A DNA stretch of 64,000 nucleotides, taken from positions 11,572 through 75,571 of the forward strand of contig CAVWAG010000005.1 in the NCBI GenBank assembly GCA_963752975.1, in the 5' to 3' direction. Source of the stretch: an uncultured Chloroflexia bacterium. GTDB lineage: Bacteria > Chloroflexota > Dehalococcoidia > GIF9 > UBA5629. Below the pieces are notes generated by a model. It was not told the DNA's origin, made no database searches, and was given only the letters and a program-made list of their open reading frames with translations. A program made the position numbers and the translations under genes. Below are positions 38,869 through 48,254 of the stretch, piece after piece (the stretch's first letter is position 1; the number at the start of each line of letters is the position of its first letter).

Positions 38869-41155
38869 TTATTGTACCACGCCCAGCAATCCCCTGAGCA
38901 GCATTATTGCCGCCTTTTTATCCAGCGGTTCGTTATTGTTGCCGCACTTGGGCGACTGGATACAGGCCGGGCAGCCGTCGCGGCAGGGGCATTCCTCGAT
39001 GGCCTTGAGCGTGGCCGCCCACAACCCTTCAATGATTTCATAGCCTTTTTCGGCGATGCCGATGCCGCCCGGGTAGCCGTCGTAGATAAAAATCTGCGCC
39101 CTCCCTGTATCGATATGAAAGGGCGTGGATACGCCGCCGATATCGTTGCGGTCGCACATGGCGAAGAGGGGCAGGATAGCGATGGCGGCATGCTCGGCGG
39201 CATGCAGTCCGCCGTGGAAGTCGAGCTTGCCCTTCTCAATCATTTCCACAGCCTTTTCCGGCAGGCCGAACCACAGTGACTGGGTGATGAAGCGCATGGG
39301 CGGCAGGTCAAGCACTTCCTCGCCCACCACCTCGTCGGTGTAGTGCTTCTTCTTCCTGAAGCCATCCACCTGGTTGGTTACATCCACCACACCCAGGCAG
39401 ACCTTCACACCGTTGATCTCCTTTTCCCGCATCTTCTGCAGTACCTTGATGTCGGTCAGTTCCATGGTCTGCGTGTAATAGGGTACCGTGGCCGGCTCGA
39501 CCACGGCGATGTGCTTTTCGATGTCCAGTTCCTTCACAAAATAGGAATCGCCCTGGTGAAGGTAGATGGCGCCCGGGTGCACCTGCCAGAAGGCATGCTC
39601 CTCCTCGATGGTTTCAAGTATCGCATAGCCCTGGGAGGCATCCAGCAACTGGTACTGGTTGCTGGAGGCCGACCTGACATTCACGTCCTGCGCCGGGTGT
39701 GAAAGCTGCGGAGCGATATGCCAGCGGCCGCCGACCTTCCTCAACCTGCCCTCTTCCTCCAGTTCGGCAAGGGCAGGCAACAGCGCCTGGCCAAAATACT
39801 GTTCGTCAGATCCGCTCGAGCTCTTTCTCCCAGGCGGCGCAAAGCAGGTGCGGGTGCAGGATGTTGCTGTTCTCCCAGTTGATGAGGGCATTCTCGAAGG
39901 CCTTGCCGAAGAAGAAGTCAGGGTTATTCATGAAGTACTGGTCGAGCGGGTTGTTCTGAGCCACCAGGAAGCTGAGGGACTTCTCCCTGCGCCTTCCGCT
40001 GCGCCCCGCCTGCTGCCAGGTGCTGGCTATGCTGCCCGGGTAGCCGGTAAGGACCGTGGCATCCAGGTCGCCGATATCGATGCCAAGTTCAAGCGCATTG
40101 GTGGCCACTGCACCCAGCAACTCACCTGAGAAAAGCTCGCGCTCGATCTCCCGCCGGTCCGATGCCAGGTAGCCGGCACGGTAGGGTTTGATCTTCTCCC
40201 CGAGGGGACTGCCCAGCAGGTCACGGCTGTAGACATAGATAAGCTCGGTAAGCTTGCGCGTGGCAGCGAAAGTGAGCGTGCGCACCCCCTGCCGGATGAG
40301 CCCGGTGAACAGGTAGGTGGCTTCAGAGTTGGCGCTGCGCCGGGCGCTGCGCGCCTCATCGATAATGGGCGGGTTCCAGAAGGCAAAGGCCTTGCCGCCG
40401 TAGGGAGCGCCGTCCTTATCAACGACTTCGAATGGCAGGCCGGCCAGGCTCTCGGCATGTTCGCCCGGGTTGGCGATGGTGGCCGAACAGAAGATAAACT
40501 GCGGTCTGCTGCCGTAATGGGCACAAATACGTCTCAGCCTGCGCAATACGCAGGCCACATGCGAGCCGAATACGCCGCGGTAAACATGCGCCTCGTCCAG
40601 CACCACGTATTTGAGCCGCCGGAAAAACCTGTCCCATGATTTGTGATTGGGCAGTATGCCCAGGTGCAGCATATCGGGATTGGTGAGCACGATCCGTGCG
40701 CGTTTGCGCATGCCGGCACGGTCCTCAACCGGGGTATCGCCATCATAGGTCACGCACTCCCAGGGCAGATTAATAGTCGCGCCGGCCAGTTCTTTCAGTC
40801 CGCGCAACTGATCCTGCGCCAACGCCTTGGTGGGAAAGAGGTACAGGGCACGGGTATAGGGCTCGTTAAGTACGGCATCCAGCACGGGCAGGTTATAGCA
40901 GAGGGTCTTGCCGCTGGCGCTGGGCGTGGCCACCATAACATTGTTCCCCTGCCTCACGGTATTGATGGCTTCAGCCTGGTGGGTATAAAGCGTGGTCATA
41001 CCCAGTTTATCAAGACGTTCCTGCAGCACAGGATGGAGCGGCCGGTCTATCCAGCCGGGACGCGCGTCACGCGGGGGAATATGCTGTACATGGACGATCT
41101 GCTCTTTGTATTCAGGGTCGTTTTTCAGGTAGTCAAGGAAAGCAGTTGTGTCCAT
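38869..41155 (-). pseudogene. DEAD/DEAH-box helicase with C-terminal DUF1998 zinc module (MrfA/YprA-like), one frameshift
   Basis: ATPSASGKT (motif I), VVLDEAHVYRG (DEAH), helicase-C motifs, and C-terminal CPCRDGCPACIQSPKCGNNNEPLDK. ORFs 39806..41155 and 38869..39891 join near 39825. Confidence 0.85.
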
Positions 41156-41225
41156 CCGGATTAATTATACAACCTACAAAAAATGATACTGGGAACACGA
41201 TGATAGGGAAAAACTTGAAATTTGA

Positions 41226-41529
41226 TCAGTAGGTTTCGATCTCTTTCTCGATGACCTCGATGGTTGGAAAATCACGCTCGATCAAAGCTGATGGCCGCAC
41301 TGATCACCTCATCGACACGGTAATTATGGTTGGAAACGCAGGCCATGGCGATTGTAGCCATCTGCCACAATTCATGGTCATCGACTTCAGCGACGGACAA
41401 ATTGAACTGCTTCTGCAGGCGCGAGATGAGCGATTTCACAACGCTACGCTTATCCTTGAGAGACCTGCTCCCCGGGATATGTATCTTCAGCCTGCAGACG
41501 CCTACACCCACAGAAACCCCATCCGACAC
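41226..41529 (-). pseudogene. DUF503 (YlxP-like) protein, C-terminal frameshift
   Basis: LKIHIPGSRSLKDKRSVVKSL is the DUF503 hallmark. After a shift near 41280 the reading continues IERDFPTIEVIEKEIETY-stop. Confidence 0.65.
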
Positions 41530-41587
41530 GCCGGGGCAATTCGATTGTAAATACTCCCGCGGGAGACTGCGGGAGATCTAAATATAT

Positions 41588-41881
41588 TTAACGTTCCGGT
41601 TTTGATGCTGCGTAACAGGTGCTGCAATAAACCGGACGTTCCTGTCTCGGCTCAAAGGGTACTTCACACTCGATTCCACATGTTGCACATGTGGCTTTGA
41701 ACATCTCCCTGGGCCGGCCTGAACCGCCTGAGCGGGACTGTTTTCTGCTGGTCCTGCAATCAGGGCAGCGCTTGGGCTCGTTCTGAAGTCCTTTCGACTG
41801 GTAGAATTCCTGCTCGCCTATGGTGAAGACGAAAGATTTGCCGCACTCGGCACATGTAAGGGTCTTTTCCGTTAGGGCCAT
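41588..41881 (-). CDS. zinc-ribbon (double CxxC) protein
   Basis: Cys pairs CAECGKSF...CPDC and CATCGIECEVPF...CSTC. ATG 41881 follows AAGGAGG. Confidence 0.7.
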   Translation of the reverse strand: MALTEKTLTCAECGKSFVFTIGEQEFYQSKGLQNEPKRCPDCRTSRKQSRSGGSGRPREMFKATCATCGIECEVPFEPRQERPVYCSTCYAASKPER

Positions 41882-42038
41882 TGATGCCTCCTTGTTGAAA
41901 ATCAATATGCCCCATGGGTTTTGACGGGTCTGCTCGGCTCAAGACCTCTTGAAAACATACGACGGGAGTCTTAGTCCCGGCATTATGGTCTCCCGATTTA
42001 AGAGGTTGCCAGTTTAAGACTCACCATTAACCAGGGTT

Positions 42039-42068
42039 TGCATACTGGCCATAGTGTAGATTATAATT
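42039..42068 (+). promoter_or_regulatory. sigma70-type promoter candidate for the MauE/DoxX-like gene
   Basis: TTGCAT (42039..42044), 18 nt, TATAAT (42063..42068), 50 nt upstream of ATG 42119. Confidence 0.4.
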
Positions 42069-42118
42069 CCCATTTAGTCAAGACCCGTCCCGCCCATTAG
42101 TATCATAAGGACTTATAC

Positions 42119-42662
42119 ATGCTAATTGATTACGGATATGAAAAAAAGCCAACGGTGCGCAGCGTCATCAGCATAGTTGCCTGCCTGCTCATCGGGTTGA
42201 CGCTTATCTTGGCCGGCGGCGGCAAGCTGGCCAACCTCGGCCAGGTGCCCGGGCCAAACAGAGTTCCTGGATAGATTTATACCGGACTTCCTCATGACCC
42301 CCGAATTTGCCCAGTTCATAGGGCTGGTTTTTATACCGTGGATTTTGCCTATCGCCGAGATTTTGATAGGGCTGGCACTGGTTATCGGAATATGGCCCAG
42401 ATTAATAGCTATACTCGTTCTCCCGCTTGTGCTGGGTTTCATGGCCAATAATTCCTACATGATAGCTACAGGGGTTGATAAATATCCTACCTGCGAATGC
42501 TTCGGCGTCTGGGAGCAATGGTTGGGCGGGCTGACACCCTTGCAGTCAATGTACTACGACATCATACTATTAATCCTGGCGGTAATCATTATAATAGTGC
42601 AACCGGCGCCATTTTTATCGCACCAGTTCTGGATCAATAAGTTCTTGTCCAGGGATAAATAA
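42119..42662 (+). pseudogene. MauE/DoxX-family membrane protein, one frameshift
   Basis: ATG 42119 gives MLIDYGYEKKPTVRSVISIVACLLIGLTLILAGGGKLANLGQVPG. After a shift near 42255 it joins ORF 42294..42662, which has the CECFG motif typical of MauE. Confidence 0.6.
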
Positions 42663-42697
42663 TCTCTGCCGTACCCTGATACAGGAGGTATCACCGT

Positions 42698-43434
42698 ATG
42701 ATTTCAAACCGTATTTTATATACTGCAGCAGTATTTATAGCTACCATGCTGGTATGTACAGGCTGCGCCGCACAAAAAAGCCCGGCTCCACTTGCGCCTG
42801 CCCCTGAGCCGGTAAACAATCCCCCCATAATATCCAGCCTGACTGCCGACCTGCAGGTCGTGCAGCCTTTAGGCAAGGTTAATCTTAACTGCCAGGCCAG
42901 CGACCCTGAAAGCGATAACCTGAGCTACCAGTGGACCTGCAGCGGGGGTTTCGTGGAAGGTTCTGCCGATTCAGCGACCTGGACGGCGCCGAGTAACCCG
43001 GGCAGCTACAAGGTCACGGTAATCGTCATCGATGGCAAAGGTGGGTCTGCAAGCAGGGATACCTTAATAACAATACCCGAAAAGCCCAATAGCCCGCCGG
43101 TCATCAGCGCTATCAAGTTCACCCGGCCCGGCCGCATGGCCATCACGGTAAAAACCAACCCGACCGAGGAGGAGACGAAAAAGACTCCTGAATTGGTCAT
43201 CCGTAAATATGAGACAGGTGGATGTGGTCTTGCCTCGCCACCGACCCTGATAAAGACCAGCTTACCTATATCTGGAAAGCGACCGGCGGGAAGATAATCG
43301 GCAACGGCCCGAATATCCAGTGGCTGGCTGCCGGTGACCCGGGCACATATACTATTACCTGCGAGGTCTCGGACGGCAAGGGCGGCACCGATTCTTTCAC
43401 CATCACTATCAGCGTGCATTGCTGCAGCGGTTAA
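42698..43434 (+). pseudogene. lipoprotein with two PKD/Ig-like domains, one frameshift
   Basis: Lipobox VCTGC. Two units of the form PP(I/V)IS...D.(L)(S/T)Y.W...GG......W.A...PG.Y...V.V.DGKGG. ORFs 42698..43297 and 43222..43434 join near 43225. Confidence 0.65.
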
Positions 43435-43445
43435 GCGCGGCCAGG

Positions 43446-44167
43446 CTAAATTTTCACGAGCCTGATATCACCCCAGGCGCCCATGTTGCCGCCCACTATT
43501 ACCACGATGCCGGTTACTCCCCTGATCTGTTTCCCGCGCCTATGGCGGCATCGATGTCCTGTTCGGACTTAACCATGTTGCCCACGGCCGTGGCCGCGGC
43601 GTCAGCCAGCGCCGCCGATGGTGAGACAATGACGGCTGCGTCAGCCAGTCCCAGGCTAAGGGATGGACCTACCGTACCAGAGGATGTGCATACCCCCAGC
43701 GGTGTCTGCCCCGGCTCCACCTCGATAGCCAGCTTGCCAGTGAAGGCGGATTCTCCCGCGTAGATGCCGACCTGCCGCCTGCTATTGATCTTCAGGAAGA
43801 TATCGCCGCCGTTCTCCACTATCACTTCCGGTGAAAACGCCAACAATTTTCTACCCACCAGTTCTGCCATGGCGCCAGCCACCGCCGCCATCGGTCCGAC
43901 GTTTGCCAGCCGGGACGCTTCAGCCATGACGCGCACAATCTCTGGCGCGCCGCTCTCCACCGCAAACGGCTCCAGGCTGTGGAGGAAAAGAGGATGGTCC
44001 CGTATATATTCCTCTAAGGGACTGCGGATTTCATGGATGGCCGCCAGTGCCTCACGTGTTAAATCCACGGTTGCACGAATGTAGAGGTCGGTCTCTTTAA
44101 CGGCAACCGTGAAAGATACCAGGTCACCGTCTTTGATCTTATGACGGTAGGTGCGCGGCTGGTACAT
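43446..44167 (-). pseudogene. UPF0280 / COG2122 ApbE-like protein, C-terminal frameshift
   Basis: MYQPRTYRHKI...VAVKETDLYI matches the UPF0280 family N-terminus as I recall it. A shift near 43525 restores ...KQIRGVTGIVVIVGGNMGAWGDIRLVKI-stop. Confidence 0.6.
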
Positions 44168-44185
44168 TTGGCTCTCATATTCCTC

Positions 44186-44269
44186 GTCGTTGCGAGCGTT
44201 AGCGTAGCAATCTTCTTTTGAAGACGTCAGTCCATAAGATTGCCGCGGCCTTTCAGGCCTCGCAATGAC
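44186..44269. repeat. inverted pair of GTCATTGCGAG...GCAATC palindromic repeats (intergenic)
   Basis: GTCGTTGCGAGCGTTAGCGTAGCAATC (44186..44212), and the reverse complement of GTCATTGCGAGGCCTGAAAGGCCGCGGCAATC (44238..44269). Confidence 0.75.
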
Positions 44270-44294
44270 AGGTCATTCCCAGGTGCGCCCGCTA

Positions 44295-44705
44295 CTATAA
44301 TTTTAATTCCATCGCCCGCGGCGGGCAGGCCCGGACGCACAGTTCGCACACAATGCAGCGCGAGTTGTCGAAATTGACCTTCCTGGTGCCCAAATCGAGA
44401 GAGAAGGCCCGCGTCGGGCACATGGTGATGCAGGCCCCGCAATGTGTACAACGCTCTTCGTTGCGCAGCACATCCTGGCTGAGCGACTGTATCTCCAACC
44501 CTACTTCCTGCAGGTATTTGATACCCCGGTCATAATCCTTCTGCGCACCGGTCAATTCCAAGATCATCAGCCCTTCCTCACCTGGTGATATGGACGCCTT
44601 GAGTATATTAAAGTCGAGAGCATAATCCCGTATCAGCGCGCTGACAATCGGCTTGTCAATACTCTGCTGCGGAAAATGTAATACTATTTTTTTCGATACT
44701 TTCAT
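44295..44705 (-). CDS. NIL-domain 4Fe-4S ferredoxin
   Basis: N-terminal NIL-like domain (KPIVSALIRDYALDFNILKASI) and two clusters, CTHCGACITMCP and CIVCELCVRACP. Confidence 0.8.
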   Translation of the reverse strand: MKVSKKIVLHFPQQSIDKPIVSALIRDYALDFNILKASISPGEEGLMILELTGAQKDYDRGIKYLQEVGLEIQSLSQDVLRNEERCTHCGACITMCPTRAFSLDLGTRKVNFDNSRCIVCELCVRACPPRAMELKL

Positions 44706-44719
44706 CTGTGATTCCTCCT

Positions 44720-45927
44720 TCAGGGAAGGGGCCTTTCATCAAGCGGCTTGAGCTTGATGCCCGATTCAATTCCGGGCAGCGGCGCCACCGGGTCGGACAG
44801 CAGGAATTCCCCTTTCTTTATCCACTCCTTCAGGGTCGAGGCAATCTCCACCGCTCCAGGGTAGCTTGAAAGAGAGGCGGTCGGAATCTCCCTGCCGTTG
44901 ACTTTTATCTTGCCGGATTTCAACTCTGCGTAGCTGACCTCGGCCAGCACCTCCGCCTTGCGGTTGGGATAGGCATCCGAGTAATCCACCACAGGGGCAA
45001 GTATATCCGCATCCGTAACCAGCGCATACTGCAGTATCTCCTCGTTCAATATGGGGATCGGTACGCCGATGCCTACCGTCAGCGTTGTCCCATAGCCCAG
45101 GAAGCTGGTGCCAACCAGCCATTTAGGCTTCATCTGCTTGAGGTCGCCGATAACAGCCAGCGTGCCTGCTCCGCGCGTTGGCACTCCCTTATCCGTGCGC
45201 GGCGCCGATGGGATTATGCTGTGTGCCCTGCCAGGCAACATATCCTACGCCGCCTCCCAGGAAGATACGCGTGCCGATGCCGATGGTTTTATAAAGCGGG
45301 TCGTTGAGCAGCGGTGACAGTTGCCCAGCCGAGCAGAAATTGGCATTGCCCAGCCTGGCTTTTAGAACACCCATATAGGTATAGATCATGCGTGTCCCGG
45401 CATTTACCGCAACGTTATAGTTCTGGTAGGCATTGCGCATATTGAAGAGCACGGCCTCGTTGATCGTGTTTATATTTACCAAGGTTTCCAGCTTCTTGCG
45501 CGGGTAACAGTCCGTCCCGTAGGCGCTGGCGACCAGCCTGATGTCCTTACCGGCCACCAGTTCCTCTATAACATGGCCGCCGCCGTAGTTGAACTCGCCC
45601 GGATAGATCTTGTTCTTAGGGTCATCATCAGGCATGGCGGTGGCGCCCAGTATGACGTCAACCGCCGCTACCCCTGTATAAGCGGGCACGTCGTTTAGAT
45701 ATACCCTGCCACCGCCCATTTTCATACGCGGATTGGTATGGCCCGAGGTTCAAGTAAGCGCTGGATGAGCACATGGGGCCGAAGGTGCCCGTGGTTACCA
45801 CGTCTACTTCTTTCATCGTGGCCGCCACACCTTTCTTTTTGGCGATGCCGATCACTTCTTCAGCAGTGACCACGACCGCCTGGCCTTTTTTGATTTTTTC
45901 GTTGATCTCTGCGATCGTTCTGGCCAT
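44720..45927 (-). pseudogene. COG1900/DUF39 homocysteine biosynthesis protein, 2 frame interruptions
   Basis: Three overlapping ORFs (45658..45927, 45189..45725, 44720..45241) read as one ~400-aa protein (VVTTGTFGPMCSS..., NYGGGHVIEEL..., GTRIFLGGGVGYV...). Shifts near 45740 and 45205. Confidence 0.75.
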
Positions 45928-46029
45928 GTGAACCTCCTTTATAAAATTATCAGCCCGTGCGGTGAAGCTGTTTAAACCGTGTCAGCCGCAGCGGGCGGAG
46001 TCAGTTCTTAATGAAGAGCCTGATTAATT

Positions 46030-46584
46030 CTAATGCTTGCCGTACTTTTCGTAAAATACTATATCTGCCAGCTCCCTCCGCGGCGGCGCCTTGGCTTCAG
46101 CGGCCGGGTATCCCAGCGGAGTCATCTCCACGGAAACCACCCCTTCCGGCAGGTCGAGTATCTCATCAACCTTTTTCGAATCCGGTATATAGCCGACATG
46201 GACGGTACCCAACCCAAGTGCCTGCGCAGCCAATGCCAGGTTCTGCATGGCAATGCCCACATCGAACATGAACCATTCGTCGCCCCTGTCCGTGACTATG
46301 CCGCCCCGGTAATAGCCCGACTTACCCAGTTCCGCGCACGCTACTATCACCATTGGAGCATGTTTGATGGCCTCAGTGGCAGGATTACCCTTATTCACCG
46401 TCTCGGCCAATCTGGCTTTGGTAACGGGATCTTTCACTACCACGTAGCGGGTACACTGGGTATTGGCCCATGAAGGCGCCCAGCGTGCCGCGTCCAGTAC
46501 CTTGTTGAGTATGTCATCGGAAACCGGCGTATCCTTATACTGCCTGACACTGCGCCTGTGGTAAATCGCTTCAAATGTATCCAT
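46030..46584 (-). CDS. nitroreductase family protein
   Basis: RRSVRQYKD...ARWAPSWANTQ... is the classic nitroreductase N-terminus. Confidence 0.85.
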   Translation of the reverse strand: MDTFEAIYHRRSVRQYKDTPVSDDILNKVLDAARWAPSWANTQCTRYVVVKDPVTKARLAETVNKGNPATEAIKHAPMVIVACAELGKSGYYRGGIVTDRGDEWFMFDVGIAMQNLALAAQALGLGTVHVGYIPDSKKVDEILDLPEGVVSVEMTPLGYPAAEAKAPPRRELADIVFYEKYGKH

Positions 46585-46604
46585 CAGAAACTGCCCTCCC
46601 GTTT

Positions 46605-47862
46605 TTATTGCCCGTTACCCGCCAGCTTTATCAGGTCATCCGGCTGCATCTCCTGCTGTTCGCCGGTCTCCATGTTGCGCAACATTACCACTCCGGCTTT
46701 CACCTCATCCTCCCCGATAATCGCCGCGTAGCTGGCACCTGCCGCGTTGGCATGCCTGAGCTGCGCTTTTAGGCTCCGTTCGCCGGAAGAGCTTATCACG
46801 GCTATCCCGGCATCCCGCATTTTGGCTGCCAGTTTAACCGCCTCCACCCGGGCGTTCCCACCCATGCAGGCGATGAATACGGCAGGCTTTTCAGCCGGTG
46901 GCACTGCTATGCCCTGGTTAATCAGGTTAAGTACTATCCGTTCCATGCCCGTGGCAAAGCCGATGGCCGGCGTGGGTTTACCCCCGATCAACGCAATCAG
47001 GTCATCGTAGCGTCCACCACCACCCAATGCGCTCTGTGAGCCGCCTTCAGCCGGCTGTATCTCAAAGACCGTCCTGGTATAGTAGTCAAGCCCCCGCACC
47101 AGCCTGTGATTTAGCACGTATCTCACTCCCAGCGCTGACAGATAAGTGCTGTAAAGAGGCAAAATGCTGCGCGCATTCATCACAGAGGTAGTCAGAGCTT
47201 TTGGGCGCCTCATCCGCTGCCGCCTGGCAACCAGGCTTCTTGCAGTCAAGCAATCTAAGCGGGTTCTTATCCAGCCTGACCTGGCAGTCCGTGCACAACT
47301 GCTGTGCCAGCGGTGCGTAGTATTCCTTCAATTTCTGCAGGTGGCCCGGGCGGCACTTCCGGCAGCCGATGCTGTTCAACTGCAGGGAAAAATTGGCCAA
47401 GCCCAGCGAGGTAAAAAAGTTGAGCGCCATGTTAATGATCTCGGCATCCAGCACAGGAGAGGGGTCGCCTATGGCCTCGCAGCCGAACTGGTGATGCTGA
47501 CGGTAGCGCCCGGCCTGCGGCCTCTCGTAGCGGAAGATATCGGCGAAATAGAAGAGCTTCACCGGCTGAGGCAGGTTATCCATCCCGTGCTCGATATAAG
47601 CACGGCAGACCGGAGCGGTGCCTTCCGGCCTCAGGGCAAGCTCATTATCGCTGCGGTCCTTGAAGATATACATCTCCTTGTTGACGATATCCGTCCCTTC
47701 TCCCACGCTGCGGGCAAACAGGCCGGCATCCTCAAAGGCAGGCGTGCTTATACAGCCGTAACCATATAAGCGGCATATCTCCAGCGCCTTATCCTGGATA
47801 TAGCGCCAGTACGGCTGCTCTTCCGGCAGTGTATCGGCGGTCCCGCGCGGTGCTTTAAACAA
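46605..47862 (-). pseudogene. hisS: histidine--tRNA ligase, one frameshift
   Basis: PRGTADTLPEE, LRPEGTAPVCRAY, FRYERPQAGRYRQHHQ, GLDYYTRTVFE and GGGRYD. ORFs 47086..47862 and 46605..47249 join near 47160. Confidence 0.9.
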
Positions 47863-47927
47863 TAGTCAGCCACCTCTTTAAGCCAATTATAATATATTAA
47901 CCAGGTCCCAATTGCCAGAGGATAATG

Positions 47928-48254
47928 CTATTCCGGCACTTCGCCGGCAATCCAATCAAGATATTCTTCGCTGCCGCCAATTATGGGCAGGGCAATGATT
48001 TCCGGGACAGAATAACTGTGGTTTCTCTTCACCGTTGTAATAACGTCAGCGACCGCTGTTTGCCTGGTCTTGATAATCAGCAAAGCTTCGTCCGCAGAAT
48101 CTATCTTGCCTTTCCACCAGAAACGGGAAATTACTGACGGTACGATATTTACGCAGGCAGCCTGCCTCCCATCCAGCAGGGCAGCAGCTATCTTCTCAGC
48201 CTCCTCCCTGCCGGATGCCGTAACCAACACCACTACATGGCCGGTTGGCTTCAT
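47928..48254 (-). CDS. cutA: divalent-cation tolerance protein CutA
   Basis: VVLVTASGREEAEKIAAALLDGRQAACVNI...SRFWWKGKI...YSVPEIIALP. ATG 48254 overlaps the upstream stop (ATGA). Confidence 0.85.
   Translation of the reverse strand: MKPTGHVVVLVTASGREEAEKIAAALLDGRQAACVNIVPSVISRFWWKGKIDSADEALLIIKTRQTAVADVITTVKRNHSYSVPEIIALPIIGGSEEYLDWIAGEVPE

Noticed and set aside
38869-41155. Reading the helicase/DUF1998 gene as part of a DISARM-like defence system
   Set aside because: Helicase and DUF1998 are fused as in MrfA/YprA-type repair helicases. No methyltransferase, PLD nuclease or other DISARM component is nearby. Only uncharacterised membrane proteins follow.
45928-46029. Possible SAM-type riboswitch or attenuator upstream of the COG1900 homocysteine gene
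   Set aside because: There is only one imperfect hairpin (CCCGCTGCGG...CCGCACGGG). It has no recognisable SAM-I/II/III core sequence and the region is too short (~100 nt). It is more likely a weak terminator or spacer after the nitroreductase gene.
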